A stretch of 64,000 nt of DNA from Candidatus Babeliales bacterium. Lineage in GTDB: Bacteria; Babelota; Babeliae; Babelales; JBFXEV01. Each line of letters begins with the position of its first letter. The first letter of the stretch is position 1. Where the stretch lies: positions 745,994 to 809,993 of the forward strand of contig JBFXEV010000001.1 of the NCBI GenBank assembly GCA_050179755.1, written 5' to 3'. The translations under genes were made by a program, and so were the position numbers. The notes beneath the pieces are model-generated. The model saw nothing but the letters and a program-made list of their open reading frames with translations, was not told the origin of the DNA and did no database searches. This document shows, piece after piece, positions 20,075 to 30,464 of this stretch.

Positions 20075-20501
20075 AGTCTGTTACATTTGCCAAAGCCCTC
20101 CAGCAAAAGTTTGTTACTGATGGGGTATATAATCGTAGAAATCGTTAATCACGCCGAGCAAATGACTGGCAGTCCATTCTTTAAAGGGAATAATGCACCT
20201 ATTAATTCCTTTAAAGAATCTAAAAATTAGTTCAAGTCGTGCACGTATGGTAATTCACTTTTTATAGATTACTAATTAACTAAATTTTATAGTTTTCTTA
20301 ATTTCTTTACACAAATTTTTATTATGGCATCCTAATTTTGTTATTGAGAGAGTACAAAATTTTTATAAAAGGAGTAGACCAAAACATTTCATGGAGCACT
20401 TCACCTTTTTCTCGCGCAACTTAGCATAGATGTCTCCATATAAGAAATTATGCGCAAATAATAAGAAGTAGATACTATTTTTTAACGTTAAAGGTTGTCA
20501 A

Positions 20502-21947
20502 ATGAAGATGATAAGACAAATAAGTATTGCCCTTGTGTGGTGCAGTTTATTAAGTAGCATTGCAGTAGTTGCAAATCAAGTAAAAAGCACTGTTGATATG
20601 TCATATGAAGATATGGATGTTATTGAAAAAGGACATCATCATAAAAATCTGTTTTGTTTTCCTGTTCCAAAAGACGATTCAGCTCGTATGATAGAATCTG
20701 GGTACGGCGTGGACCCTAAAGGCCATTCACTTGTTGGCAAAAATGTACTCATTATAGGTGGTTCACGCGGCATTGGCCGAGCTACGGCATTTGCTTTTGA
20801 GGCTGCTGGCGCTAATGTTATTTGTACATCTCGCCATCCACAATGCTATTTGAATCCTGCCTGCTACACTGATCCATCATGTACTGGTGATCAATGCAGC
20901 AACACGCAAAATGGCGTTCCCGCATCTCCTGGGTTAAGCGCAGTTCCTCTTGAGCTTGCAAGCGAGGAGTCAATTGAGAATTTCTTTAGATGTGCTATTT
21001 TGCCTGTATGGGATCATATTGACATTTTAGTTTTAGGCGGTCTTAAATTAGAATTTGGCAGTATTATTAATTCAAAGGCAAGTGATCTTTTTGAGTTCTT
21101 AAATGTGCAGCTTTTAGGCTTTCAGCGCGTGGTAAATCATGCAACAAAACTGATCGCAGACATAAAACATTCTCGTATAATAGTACTTACTTCAGCAGCA
21201 TCTATTGTGCCTATACCATTCTTTGGTGCCGGCTATACTTTAGCAAAAGCTGCGCTTGTGCGATGGGTTATACAATGGAACTTTGAGAGGCTTCTGTTTA
21301 AAGAATTGAGTGGCGGCAAGTCATACTATAAGACAGTTGCTATTTCAATGGAAGGTTCATTTACTCAAGGTGATAGTCAAAATACTTTGCCCGTAACTTA
21401 TGAAAGTGGTGTTTGTTGTTCATGGGATCCATCAAGTAATGCAGCAACACTTGGTATAGTAGCAAATGAATTAAATACATCTCTCAACGGTATGCCAGCT
21501 TCTCGCGCAGCTGAAGCTATTCTTTGGATGGCATCAACAAGGCATCCTGAATGGCGTTATGGTGTATTTGGAGAAGATGAAACATTCTGTGTTGATCCTA
21601 AATGTAAACCGATTTCAGCACGCAATTTTTCTTCAAAATTCAATGCTTATAAGGTAAAACAACCTGTGACTGAATGGATCAAATCACGTCCATGGATCAC
21701 TATTGCAAAACATCCATTTGAGTCAACATGGTATGATTGTGTTGCGCCAACTGATCAAAAACCAGCAATCAAACTCCCTAGATTGCTTGATAATGCTTGT
21801 TGCCCAGATCCTGAAAGACAAACTCGAAGACACACACGTTTTGAGTATGTTGAAGACTTGGTATGTAATCCATGTAAACGTTTACCATATGATACTGACT
21901 TTACTTCATATTTCGGAACGCCATGTCCAATAGAAGACTGTGCGTAA
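20502..21947 (+). CDS. Exported Cys-rich short-chain dehydrogenase/reductase
   Basis: Signal peptide, IIGGSRGIG Rossmann motif, catalytic YTLAK, many Cys. Confidence 0.85.
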   Translation: MKMIRQISIALVWCSLLSSIAVVANQVKSTVDMSYEDMDVIEKGHHHKNLFCFPVPKDDSARMIESGYGVDPKGHSLVGKNVLIIGGSRGIGRATAFAFEAAGANVICTSRHPQCYLNPACYTDPSCTGDQCSNTQNGVPASPGLSAVPLELASEESIENFFRCAILPVWDHIDILVLGGLKLEFGSIINSKASDLFEFLNVQLLGFQRVVNHATKLIADIKHSRIIVLTSAASIVPIPFFGAGYTLAKAALVRWVIQWNFERLLFKELSGGKSYYKTVAISMEGSFTQGDSQNTLPVTYESGVCCSWDPSSNAATLGIVANELNTSLNGMPASRAAEAILWMASTRHPEWRYGVFGEDETFCVDPKCKPISARNFSSKFNAYKVKQPVTEWIKSRPWITIAKHPFESTWYDCVAPTDQKPAIKLPRLLDNACCPDPERQTRRHTRFEYVEDLVCNPCKRLPYDTDFTSYFGTPCPIEDCA

Positions 21948-21967
21948 CAATCGTTAGATAATAACTT

Positions 21968-22004
21968 AAGGGAGCCACTTACAAATTGTAGGTGGCTCCC
22001 TTTT
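21968..22004 (+). terminator. Rho-independent terminator
   Basis: aagggagccacttaca/tgtaggtggctccctt followed by T. Confidence 0.8.
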
Positions 22005-22280
22005 AATGTTTTGCTAAAAGCAACATCCTTCTATGCCTGTGAGAAAAATTCTAAATTTCATATTCTTAGAGGTGCGCCTTACTCAGGCATTTTCTCTCAT
22101 ACTACCTGATTACTATTTAAAGAATTTCTATGCACAAGCTCTAACTCTCGCTTAAAACCCCACGCTGCGCCAATTGTACGTAAAATATTTTAATACTTGT
22201 TTTCTCTCTTTTTTATTTGCTATATTGGTGACAGTATTTTAAAAAGTGCTATCAGTTTATTTTATAAAGAAGGGTCAAAA

Positions 22281-23666
22281 ATGAAGTTTTTTAATACACT
22301 TTTATTTGTTGTATTATGCAACGCATTATATGCAAATACTTTTGCAGAAGATGTTGTGCGTAGTAAAGATAGTTCATGCACCTCATGTAATAATGCTTTT
22401 GCACAATGCTGTGCAGATCTTCCTCAGCCACCTAAAGATACGCCGGTTCCGTTAGAAGGGCAAAATTGCATTTGCTGCTTTGAAAGCCGTGATTTGCCAT
22501 CAGGCAGCCGTAACCTTAATGAAAATAAGGCTTGCCAAGGTTATGATGCAATGTGTAAATCGTTTTGTAAACGACTTAAATATCCTGGCATTGAGTTTCC
22601 CGAGGAACTCACCTATACATTAAGTCCAACCTTTACGGTTCCTGATTGTCAAAAAATTGTAAATCCACCGGTGGTCCCTGATGATATTAAACTTTCTCTC
22701 AGAGGAAAACACGTACTTGTTATTGGTGGTTCAAAAGGTATTGGCAAAGCTATTGCAAAAATGTTCAGTTCTCCAGAAGTTGGGGCTAAGGTAATTGCAA
22801 CATCACGCCATCCAGAGTGTTATAAAAAACCGCACCGTTATAAATTATTGCAGCTTGATGTGCGGTTTGATGATGAAGTTGCGGTATTTATTAAGCATGT
22901 TGCAAAACACTATTTCCATAGAAAGATAGACATTGTTGTCAATTGCGCTGGCATAAAGTGGACTGGGCCAATGGCTGAGGCAACCGGTGATGACTTGGTG
23001 AATATCTTTAATAATAACGTGGCAGGTTATCAACGTGTAGTGCATAATGCGCTTCCGTATATGCGCCACTCTAATGAAACGCGCATGATTTCATTTGGTT
23101 CTATGCAATCGTATGTTTACTACGGTTATATTGGCGATGGTTATGCTATAACTAAGCGTGCCTTGCAGCAATGGAATGATACGTTACAAGTAGAAGAGAT
23201 GCTTAAAAAAGCACAAGGTATTGAGAAATTTGGGCCTATGTTCACGTTAATGGAGCCATATTTTATTAATACTTCTATTGGTTTATATGAGTTTTATAAG
23301 CCAAGTGAGTTGAGTGTAGATGATCCACTTGTGCTTGGTGCTCGATTCCAAGCTGCCGTGCCACAAAATATAGATGGCAATGACGTTTCATTCGCTGCAG
23401 AATATACCCGTCGTGTGGCAGAAGCGCCACAGCCAGGAGTGCGCTATGCCGTGGTAGATCCAGCGAGCATGATTGAACTTCCGGGTGTTGGGCTCGTTCC
23501 TGTGTTGACAGCCATTCAAGCGGCAAATGCTATACCACAAGACGACCTGGTACAACTCTTTGCTGCAATTGGTGCTCAACTTATTGATGGTGTGCAAGCA
23601 TCCAAAGATTTGGTTACTGAGGCCTTCTGTAAGAGCTGCAAGCATCATTGCCATAAATCAGAATAA
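22281..23666 (+). CDS. Exported Cys-rich short-chain dehydrogenase/reductase (paralog of 20502-21947)
   Basis: Likely start MKFFN at 22281; VIGGSKGIG, VNCAG, YAITK; shared TSRHPxCY motif. Confidence 0.88.
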   Translation: MKFFNTLLFVVLCNALYANTFAEDVVRSKDSSCTSCNNAFAQCCADLPQPPKDTPVPLEGQNCICCFESRDLPSGSRNLNENKACQGYDAMCKSFCKRLKYPGIEFPEELTYTLSPTFTVPDCQKIVNPPVVPDDIKLSLRGKHVLVIGGSKGIGKAIAKMFSSPEVGAKVIATSRHPECYKKPHRYKLLQLDVRFDDEVAVFIKHVAKHYFHRKIDIVVNCAGIKWTGPMAEATGDDLVNIFNNNVAGYQRVVHNALPYMRHSNETRMISFGSMQSYVYYGYIGDGYAITKRALQQWNDTLQVEEMLKKAQGIEKFGPMFTLMEPYFINTSIGLYEFYKPSELSVDDPLVLGARFQAAVPQNIDGNDVSFAAEYTRRVAEAPQPGVRYAVVDPASMIELPGVGLVPVLTAIQAANAIPQDDLVQLFAAIGAQLIDGVQASKDLVTEAFCKSCKHHCHKSE

Positions 23667-23691
23667 CAGGTTGTTTAGTTTTATGTAATTA

Positions 23692-23743
23692 GGCGTTCCG
23701 GTTTTAGATAGTATAATTACTATGCTAAAACCGGAACGTCTTT
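23692..23743. terminator. Long hairpin, likely bidirectional terminator
   Basis: cgttccggttttag...ctaaaaccggaacg between convergent genes. Confidence 0.7.
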
Positions 23744-24681
23744 TAATTATTTTTTTGTAAAGCTTCATATGCCGTCAATAGATCACGTACTGCTTTTACG
23801 TTACTTATGCGTTCTTGAATCAAAGGAGCAAAAGTTCCATGTTGTTGTGATCTGAGCCAGCATAATACGCGGTGTGCAGACATACTACTTTGTGATGCAG
23901 GAACAAGATCTGCTTCTAGTTCATGTAGTTCATGTAAAGCGGTACTTGCTTTTTGTACAGCACGCAGGGGGGTTTTTCTTAATTTCATTATTTCTTTTAA
24001 AAAGTACCATTCAGTAGTATGTTCACAATGAATATGCCCTGCAATATTGCGCGCCAGACAACCAAATTTACTGGCATTATCAAGTTGATAAAACAAACTA
24101 CCTATACTAAGCTCAGGTCGAGCACTATATATATTATTTTCAGGGCGTGCTAATTGCAAAGCCCCATTAATGGTATATACCATATATTTTAGTGGTCTAT
24201 CATACATCGCATCAAATGGGCCTTCTGGCTCAAAAAAAATCGAAAAATTTGTAATGACATTGTATATTTTGCAAATTTCATTAATCTCTGGAAAGTATTC
24301 ATGCATTTCGTCTTGATAATCATTTTGCTTAGATACAATTGTTTGCTGAGCAGTTTGTGCATCTCGCTCTTTGACAATTTTTGTGCATGCTATGATATCG
24401 TGTATATCGTGTAGTGGTAATTGAGTTTGCTGGGCAATAGCATTAAATGTATGGGCACGTGCACTATCTAATTGTGCTGAGATAAATGAGGATATTGATA
24501 TTCCCTGAGTATAAAACTGTTTTGCAAGTGCTTGTTTTGGCAGTCGAGTGAGCAACAAGACTGGAGGCCAAGGTGTTTGTGGGGTAGACATGCTAAGCAA
24601 ACGTGATCTTTTCATTGCATCTATATGAGATGATGCAAACAAACATAAGATCATTAAAAAGGCTACAAAAAAGTATTTCAT
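23743..24681 (-). CDS. Exported hypothetical protein, weak similarity to degenerate M48 peptidase C-terminus
   Basis: Signal peptide ending IDA-MKR; AGHIHCEH...ELEAD pattern without an intact HExxH. Confidence 0.65.
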   Translation of the reverse strand: MKYFFVAFLMILCLFASSHIDAMKRSRLLSMSTPQTPWPPVLLLTRLPKQALAKQFYTQGISISSFISAQLDSARAHTFNAIAQQTQLPLHDIHDIIACTKIVKERDAQTAQQTIVSKQNDYQDEMHEYFPEINEICKIYNVITNFSIFFEPEGPFDAMYDRPLKYMVYTINGALQLARPENNIYSARPELSIGSLFYQLDNASKFGCLARNIAGHIHCEHTTEWYFLKEIMKLRKTPLRAVQKASTALHELHELEADLVPASQSSMSAHRVLCWLRSQQHGTFAPLIQERISNVKAVRDLLTAYEALQKNN

Positions 24682-25409
24682 TGATTACTCGGTATAGGTG
24701 TAAGTAATGCTGCAATTTGCATATAACCATTGTTCTTTGCAATAGTGTACGCTTGTTGACGTGCAATCGCATAGAGATTTTTTAACGGAACTTTCAGGCG
24801 CCTGTAAAGCAAAGAGTGTTCAGCTTGTGCTGAGAGAGTAGCTACTTCAATATGTGGCACGTACTGTTCTTGTTCGCGGTTATTAGTATACATTGTGTGA
24901 CACGCAAGTTGTTCAAGTGTATTGTCAGGCTGTGTCATCTGTAATATTTCTCTAAAAAAGGCAAGACACTTACAAGCCTTTCTTGATGCAGCAATATCAA
25001 GCAGTGTAGCATTTTCTCGTTCATTAATAATATGCTGAGTAATAAATAATAAACGTGTTGACTGATTTAAGTATAACCATTTGAATCTTTCAAGATTATC
25101 TTCATATACTGCTTTAACGATAGGTTCAACTTCTAATGCAATAACATTAACAACCAAGAAAGCTGTGTACGTACGTTGTTGAGTTCTTGCACTCGTAGAT
25201 TCTTGCCAAGAAATCATTGGAACATGCCGTATGAGAGTTTCTGTTTGCTGATATGGTGTTGGAATCTCGTTCCAATCAATCACAACTGTTTTCTCGCGCT
25301 GTAAATGGGATGGTAGAGTATTCTCAGCGTCAGTGCGTTTCATCGCTGCAAGAGGGCATGGCAAGTAAAGAATGCTGAATAGCATGATGATAAAGGGCTG
25401 CTGGTGCAT
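24678..25409 (-). CDS. Exported hypothetical protein with ankyrin-like segments
   Basis: Signal peptide ending LAA-MKR; NATLLDIAA and AKNNGYMQIAALL. Confidence 0.65.
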   Translation of the reverse strand: MHQQPFIIMLFSILYLPCPLAAMKRTDAENTLPSHLQREKTVVIDWNEIPTPYQQTETLIRHVPMISWQESTSARTQQRTYTAFLVVNVIALEVEPIVKAVYEDNLERFKWLYLNQSTRLLFITQHIINERENATLLDIAASRKACKCLAFFREILQMTQPDNTLEQLACHTMYTNNREQEQYVPHIEVATLSAQAEHSLLYRRLKVPLKNLYAIARQQAYTIAKNNGYMQIAALLTPIPSNQ

Positions 25410-25606
25410 GGTGTGCTTTCAGAGATTACATAATGTTTACACTATTAATTATGCAAAAACTACTGAAATTGTCCATAATACCAAGCCGGTTCCGTTCTTT
25501 TGCTCTATTTATTGAGTAGATTATTAAATATTATTGCAATTATAAAATAAATTTTGTTACTATAACAATGAGTAAAAATGGATAAAAAATAGATAAAGGG
25601 GCGGTT

Positions 25607-26338
25607 ATGAAAAAATATATACTCGCGAGTGGTTGCTGTTTGGCCATTATCTTTATCTCACTCTATGCAGTCAACACTATAAAAAACAAGCCACAGCTTG
25701 GGCAAGAGCTCCTTGCAAAAGCTATTAGTTTTGATGGTAAGTTTAATCCCGACGTGGATGAACAATTCAGGCAGCTTATCTTGAGCGCTCAAGATCTTTA
25801 TTCTCCGCAAGAATTTGAGGAATTTATTACCACCGAAGATGCCGATGGTTGGAATATCATTATGCATTATGCAGCAAATGGCCAAGTAAAGCAGATTGTG
25901 TGGTTGCTTGATTTACTCTATAAAATGTATGGTAAAGATCAAAAAGCATTGTTTGATATAGTATATGAAAAAGATAAATATGGCAGGTCGCCACTTTATA
26001 TCGCGGTGATGCGCAAGCACGTGCGCATGGTAGACGCCTTACTTAAAAAAATGCAAGAGTTTTTTGGTTCAAGTCCCGATCTGTTTTATATATACACGCA
26101 GTCACCTGATGATCTGACCAAATGGAGTCCGTTAATGTTGGCAGCCTATCTTAATGAATATGAAATCATGAAGACGTTAGTAAAATATGAAGTTGCCGTA
26201 TTCGGCCAAGGCTCCGAGCGGCTACAGCGCGGATTGCGCCGAGCATATGCGCTTGCTGATGCGCAGGGCAAACAGATAATTCAACGATCTCATAATTTCC
26301 CAGAAGTTAAAGGCCAACGACATGAAGCTGCAACGTAA
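25607..26338 (+). CDS. Exported ankyrin-repeat protein
   Basis: GWNIIMHYAANG, YGRSPLYIAV and WSPLMLAAY repeats; signal peptide. Confidence 0.85.
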   Translation: MKKYILASGCCLAIIFISLYAVNTIKNKPQLGQELLAKAISFDGKFNPDVDEQFRQLILSAQDLYSPQEFEEFITTEDADGWNIIMHYAANGQVKQIVWLLDLLYKMYGKDQKALFDIVYEKDKYGRSPLYIAVMRKHVRMVDALLKKMQEFFGSSPDLFYIYTQSPDDLTKWSPLMLAAYLNEYEIMKTLVKYEVAVFGQGSERLQRGLRRAYALADAQGKQIIQRSHNFPEVKGQRHEAAT

Positions 26339-26873
26339 TGAACTATGCAAAGCATTAATACTTTTTTTGATCAGCAATTATTGCTCTGCGGTGGAAAATC
26401 AGTATACGTTCAAAAATAATTCTTTTTTAGAAATTAAAGTGAGTGTCTGGTTTACTAAATCGCTTGAAGGCAAACGCCCAGAAAATGGCGAAGCCAGGCG
26501 TAGCTCCACAGGAGCGCAGACTGGTGCGCCAGCTGCATTACCACTGCCTGATTTTCAACTTATATTGCAGCCTCAGGAAAATGAAGTGCTTGCACATCTT
26601 GGCAGCCATGTAAAAGAAGATGAATGCTTAGCGTACTTAATGGCAGAATATAGAATTATTCCAACATTAAAACCGAGCATAAAAGCCTCCGGGCTTTCAA
26701 CCGATCTTTTTTTAGTAGGCAAGCGATTTTGGGCCCAAAAATTGCCTGGATTATGTGGCGCCAATCTTATTGAGCTGAACTATGATCCAGCATCCTACCT
26801 TAAATTTTCTATTACCATTAATGGGGTGGAAGACGAATTTAAAGATGTGCATCAAACAAACGAGCAATCGTAA
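26322..26873 (+). CDS. Exported hypothetical protein containing an in-frame REP-like insert
   Basis: Signal-like N-terminus; palindrome 26488-26524 encodes GEARRSSTGAQTG. Confidence 0.65.
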   Translation: MKLQRNELCKALILFLISNYCSAVENQYTFKNNSFLEIKVSVWFTKSLEGKRPENGEARRSSTGAQTGAPAALPLPDFQLILQPQENEVLAHLGSHVKEDECLAYLMAEYRIIPTLKPSIKASGLSTDLFLVGKRFWAQKLPGLCGANLIELNYDPASYLKFSITINGVEDEFKDVHQTNEQS

Positions 26874-27517
26874 AGTTCTTTAAGTGCTTTTAATGGTTCT
26901 TTGGCGCCAAATAGAGCGCTTGATACGGCAAATTGTTCGGCGCCAAGCCTGTGTAGGTTTCCAATATTATCTTGATTAATTCCCCCGTCCATGCAAATAA
27001 TAAACTCTTTTTTGTGCTTGGTGCGATATGCGGTAAGTTCTTTAAGTCGCGCGTTTGACTCTGGTAAAAAAGTTTGCCCCGAAAAACCTGGTTCAACCGA
27101 CATAAGTAAAACATGAGGTATGCCTTTTACAAGCCATTGGCAGAGCGCTTCAATTTGGGTGCCTGGTTTTATGGCAATGCTTGGCGTGTAGCCGGCTGTT
27201 GTAATAACATTGATTATCTCTTGGGGATTTTCAACCGCTTCAAGGTGAAATGATATAACGCTGTCAGGTGTGAGCTTAAGTTTCATTATAATGTCTTTAG
27301 GCTTTTCTACCATCAAGTGTACCAAAAGAGGCTTTTTGCATATTTTGGCAATCTGATTGGTTATATCGGCTCCCCAGGTGATATTGGGCACAAAATGGTT
27401 ATCCATAATATCTATATGAAAGCCGTCACAATGAGGTTCTAGAGACTTAATAACGTTTTCAAGATTCATAAGGTCTGCGGACATGAGTGAGGGAAAGATC
27501 TGGGCTTTTTTGCTCAT
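26852..27517 (-). CDS. rpe: Ribulose-phosphate 3-epimerase
   Basis: PSLMSAD, HIDIMDNHFVPNIT, HLMV, MSVEPGFSGQ, DGGIN; start MSKK at 27517 with SD. Confidence 0.96.
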   Translation of the reverse strand: MSKKAQIFPSLMSADLMNLENVIKSLEPHCDGFHIDIMDNHFVPNITWGADITNQIAKICKKPLLVHLMVEKPKDIIMKLKLTPDSVISFHLEAVENPQEIINVITTAGYTPSIAIKPGTQIEALCQWLVKGIPHVLLMSVEPGFSGQTFLPESNARLKELTAYRTKHKKEFIICMDGGINQDNIGNLHRLGAEQFAVSSALFGAKEPLKALKELYDCSFV

Positions 27518-27778
27518 AGAGCTCCTTTTGATGGCAATCGCTTTCATACCATTGAAATTTAATGCTTAGTTTGTGTATACTAAAAGTGTAATACGTACAT
27601 AAAGGTAGCTTACCATTAAAGGGCTTTTGTTGAAAAGACTTATCATAACCTCTGCCATACTTCTATTGTTCACGAGCATTGCCATTCTGAGCTCGCTTCA
27701 TATGCAAGCTTAATCTTAACTTCTTCTGTAATTTTCTTTAATCTATACTGAAGATAAAAAATTTCAGAAAGGTTCTTA

Positions 27779-28198
27779 ATGTCTTTAACTCCCACACGCG
27801 TTAACATGTTTATTCTTATGCAACCAGATTTAGATAAAGCGGTTGCTTTTTATCAAAACATGGGGCTCCAACTTATTTTTCAGGTTAAAGGTAAATGGGC
27901 TGAGTTCAAGCTTGGTGATATTAAAATTGGTTTAGCACCCATAGCTCAGGAATTGCCGCTCCATCGCACTGGCTTGGTGCTTGAAGTGAAAGATCTTAAA
28001 GCAAGTTACGAGTACTTTAAAAAACAAGGCGTTGAGTTTGTGCGTGAGCCGGTGGAAGCATTGCATGGCTATATGGCAAGTTTTAAAGACCCAGGCAATG
28101 CAGTGATTGATTTGTATCAGCCAACGCCTGAAAAAGTGGCGGAATTTATGAAGCATCAGAAAGAGCAAGAAGACGCTCAAAAAAAAGCTGAAGCTTAA
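27779..28198 (+). CDS. VOC/glyoxalase family protein
   Basis: DLDKAVAFY, LEVKDL, FKDPGNAVIDL. Confidence 0.85.
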   Translation: MSLTPTRVNMFILMQPDLDKAVAFYQNMGLQLIFQVKGKWAEFKLGDIKIGLAPIAQELPLHRTGLVLEVKDLKASYEYFKKQGVEFVREPVEALHGYMASFKDPGNAVIDLYQPTPEKVAEFMKHQKEQEDAQKKAEA

Positions 28199-28213
28199 TT
28201 TTTAAAGTAAAAA

Positions 28214-28238
28214 AGAGGTGGCTTCAAAATCCACCTCT
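28214..28238. terminator. Terminator hairpin between convergent genes
   Basis: agaggtgg/ccacctct. Confidence 0.6.
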
Positions 28239-28266
28239 GTGTATTAAATATAAAAATTTCTATGAT

Positions 28267-28683
28267 TTAGAGTGTTGGTGATGCAGCTTTTAAGAATGTA
28301 GCGCATAACCAAAGCGTTGCAACGAGCGCTCCTACTGCTACACCCCCTTTATGATTTTCCACAAAATCTGCCATAGTATCACCAGCAGGTAACTTGCGTA
28401 ACTGATTGTGTAATTTATAACTCTCCATTAAATATGCAGCAAGACCAACAGCTGCTGCAGCGGTAACGTGTTTGCCATTTATATTGCCATCTTCATCTCG
28501 CGGTATAAGTAGCTTGCCAAGTGCTGCTCGACCATCGCCAGTTGCCAGAAATGCGCCAGTTGCTACAAATGTAGCTCCTTTTGCAGCATCAGCGGCTCTA
28601 TCAAAAGTTCCAGGTTTATGTGCTTTCATTACCGTGCCACCAAGTAATGCTAGACAGAGTGATACTTGCATGAACTTCTTCAT
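28267..28683 (-). CDS. Exported/membrane hypothetical protein
   Basis: Likely start MKKFMQ after AGGAG; signal peptide plus hydrophobic segments. Confidence 0.7.
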   Translation of the reverse strand: MKKFMQVSLCLALLGGTVMKAHKPGTFDRAADAAKGATFVATGAFLATGDGRAALGKLLIPRDEDGNINGKHVTAAAAVGLAAYLMESYKLHNQLRKLPAGDTMADFVENHKGGVAVGALVATLWLCATFLKAASPTL

Positions 28684-28834
28684 AGGAAGCTCCTTTGAGG
28701 TTAATATTTGACAATTACTCACTACCTATTCCATTTATTTCTGAATAAGAAATAGAGAGAATGTTTTTACGCCATCATATTAAAATAGAAAAGGAGTAAG
28801 GTCAACAGATTAAGATTTTGTTTATAGTAAGATC

Positions 28835-29317
28835 TTAGATAAGTACGCGTATTAATCCCGTAAAAATAATCATGTTTCTTAGCGTGCATGAATTGCACTG
28901 CCCATTGCATTGCTCATTAGGGCAGCCTAAATACCAACTTAAAATTGGAATGCTTTGTGTGGATTGTTTGACGCTTTTGCACGTGATTAGTTTAGATAGC
29001 ATTGCTGCAATAGGAAATCGTAAAGCAAAATATTGAATTTTATTTCGGCGGTCTGTAGAAAATGTGTAACTTGCAGCCAGTAAGGTTGTAGAAAGTGTTG
29101 CCGTTGCTGCAATATCGTGAATAGTAAGATTGGTTTTCTCTTCTAGTTTTTTGGAATAATGATTTGTATTAAAAAGTTTGGGAACAAGCTGTATGCCCAA
29201 AGTTGCTGCTGCCCATGCGGCGATTGCTAAATTGTGATTTTTTGGGGTTTCCATAGAATGGGTGAGTGATGAAAATAAGAAAAGAAAGGAGAGTAAATAG
29301 AGTTTTTTTTGGTACAT
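28835..29317 (-). CDS. Exported/membrane hypothetical protein with C-terminal Cys cluster
   Basis: Signal peptide ending THS-MET; CPNEQCNGQCNSC. Confidence 0.7.
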   Translation of the reverse strand: MYQKKLYLLSFLFLFSSLTHSMETPKNHNLAIAAWAAATLGIQLVPKLFNTNHYSKKLEEKTNLTIHDIAATATLSTTLLAASYTFSTDRRNKIQYFALRFPIAAMLSKLITCKSVKQSTQSIPILSWYLGCPNEQCNGQCNSCTLRNMIIFTGLIRVLI

Positions 29318-29450
29318 TGCATTTCTCTGTATAAAAAGTTAGTTTAGTTAATTTTAGTACAACATAATAATGATGTGTAGAACAATATTTTATATACTTT
29401 TGTTATTATGGTTGTGTAGAAACTTCAAAAGATTGTATGTGCAGATTTCT

Positions 29451-30217
29451 TGTAGAAGTTCCACTATTTTTTACATTAATTATCTCTGGTGCCGCTACGC
29501 GCGGCTGCGCATGCCTTTTTTTGTGCATCCTCCTTCGCCAAGGCTACGGCGGACGCAGAAAAAAGGACTCAAAAAACAAACATTTTTTTTATTAGTTGTG
29601 TAGAAAAAGTCTTAATATGTACATTTGATGTTCACTGGGCCACTGCGCGTGGCAGCGCACAAATCTTTTTGGTGGCAAAAAGATTGTGGAGAAAAACCAG
29701 TTAAGGGCGCCTTCGCCCCCTAACTACCCCATCTCCCGGTGAAGACGCCTATCTCGAATTTCATTTCATGAAATTCTCACTAGACTCCACCGTTTCGTGT
29801 AGGATTTACATTATTAAAAATGCCATAAGCAGCACTTGCGCTCTGCACTGTGCTGCAAATAACGCTAAGAACCAAGAAAACACATCACACATATTCCCTT
29901 TTAGGATTATTTTTTAACTATTCAATAACAGAAAGACCATCTCTTATATAATGTTGTTTATAATCGCAAATTTGAGGAGGGTAGTTTATGAAGTCGGCCC
30001 AGCCGGCCGTGGAGGCGGAAAACTTAATGTAAAAAAATCAGTTAAAAATCCTACTGTAAAAGTACTTTAGGTAGCCTATTTTACTCGTTACAGGCTGCTT
30101 TAGCTGGCTGTATACGTGGAAAGTTAGGCGTTACCGTTGGTCAAGCGTAGCTTGGCTCTTTTTAGTTGAGATCTTTTGGAGAAGCAAAAGATCTCATGCC
30201 CGCCGCATAGGCGCCAG
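29451..30217. repeat. Composite structured non-coding element A (arms X'+Y forward, unique spacer, arm Z reverse)
   Basis: 29451-29807 matches the reverse complement of 35492-35809; 29975-30136 matches the reverse complement of 38255-38418; begins TGTAGAAGTTCC. Confidence 0.9.
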
Positions 30218-30464
30218 AATACTTATATATGAGTGAAATAACTTATAGTCTGCCTATTTTTAAGGTGGTAGTGCCTTGAGTTCTAATAAATACCCCTAAA
30301 AAAATCTGAGTCTTCCATTATAAAATATTGCCATCTTGTCTATTTCCCTTATACTTAATATAAGCGTGAATAGTAAGTGTTTTTCAGGTGTTAAGCCCAA
30401 ACTCTTACCACACTAAAAAATAGTTTAAATTCCCCAATTTTACTACTACTTATAAGGAGGATCG

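Noticed and set aside
29376..29460. Three TGTAGAA motifs spaced 36-39 nt apart, suggestive of a CRISPR array
   Set aside because: The repeat is only 7-9 nt and no cas genes are present; better explained as element-end stubs.
29370..29704. ORFs 29370-29603 and 29489-29704 (also 38876-39121) inside the composite repeats
   Set aside because: They translate palindromic repeat DNA, frames are not preserved between copies, and composition is not protein-like.
19933..30000. Prophage or integrative element at tRNA-Arg
   Set aside because: No integrase, phage gene or duplicated tRNA 3' end was seen in the window.
29975..30032. AGGAGG plus ATG in arm Z (MKSAQPAVEAENLM)
   Set aside because: The copy in element C stops after MKSAQPAV, so coding is not conserved beyond 8 codons. 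It cannot be fully excluded.
30260..30290. Possible CIRCE (HrcA) operator upstream of groES
   Set aside because: Only a right-arm-like gagttctaa is present; there is no matching TTAGCACTC left arm.
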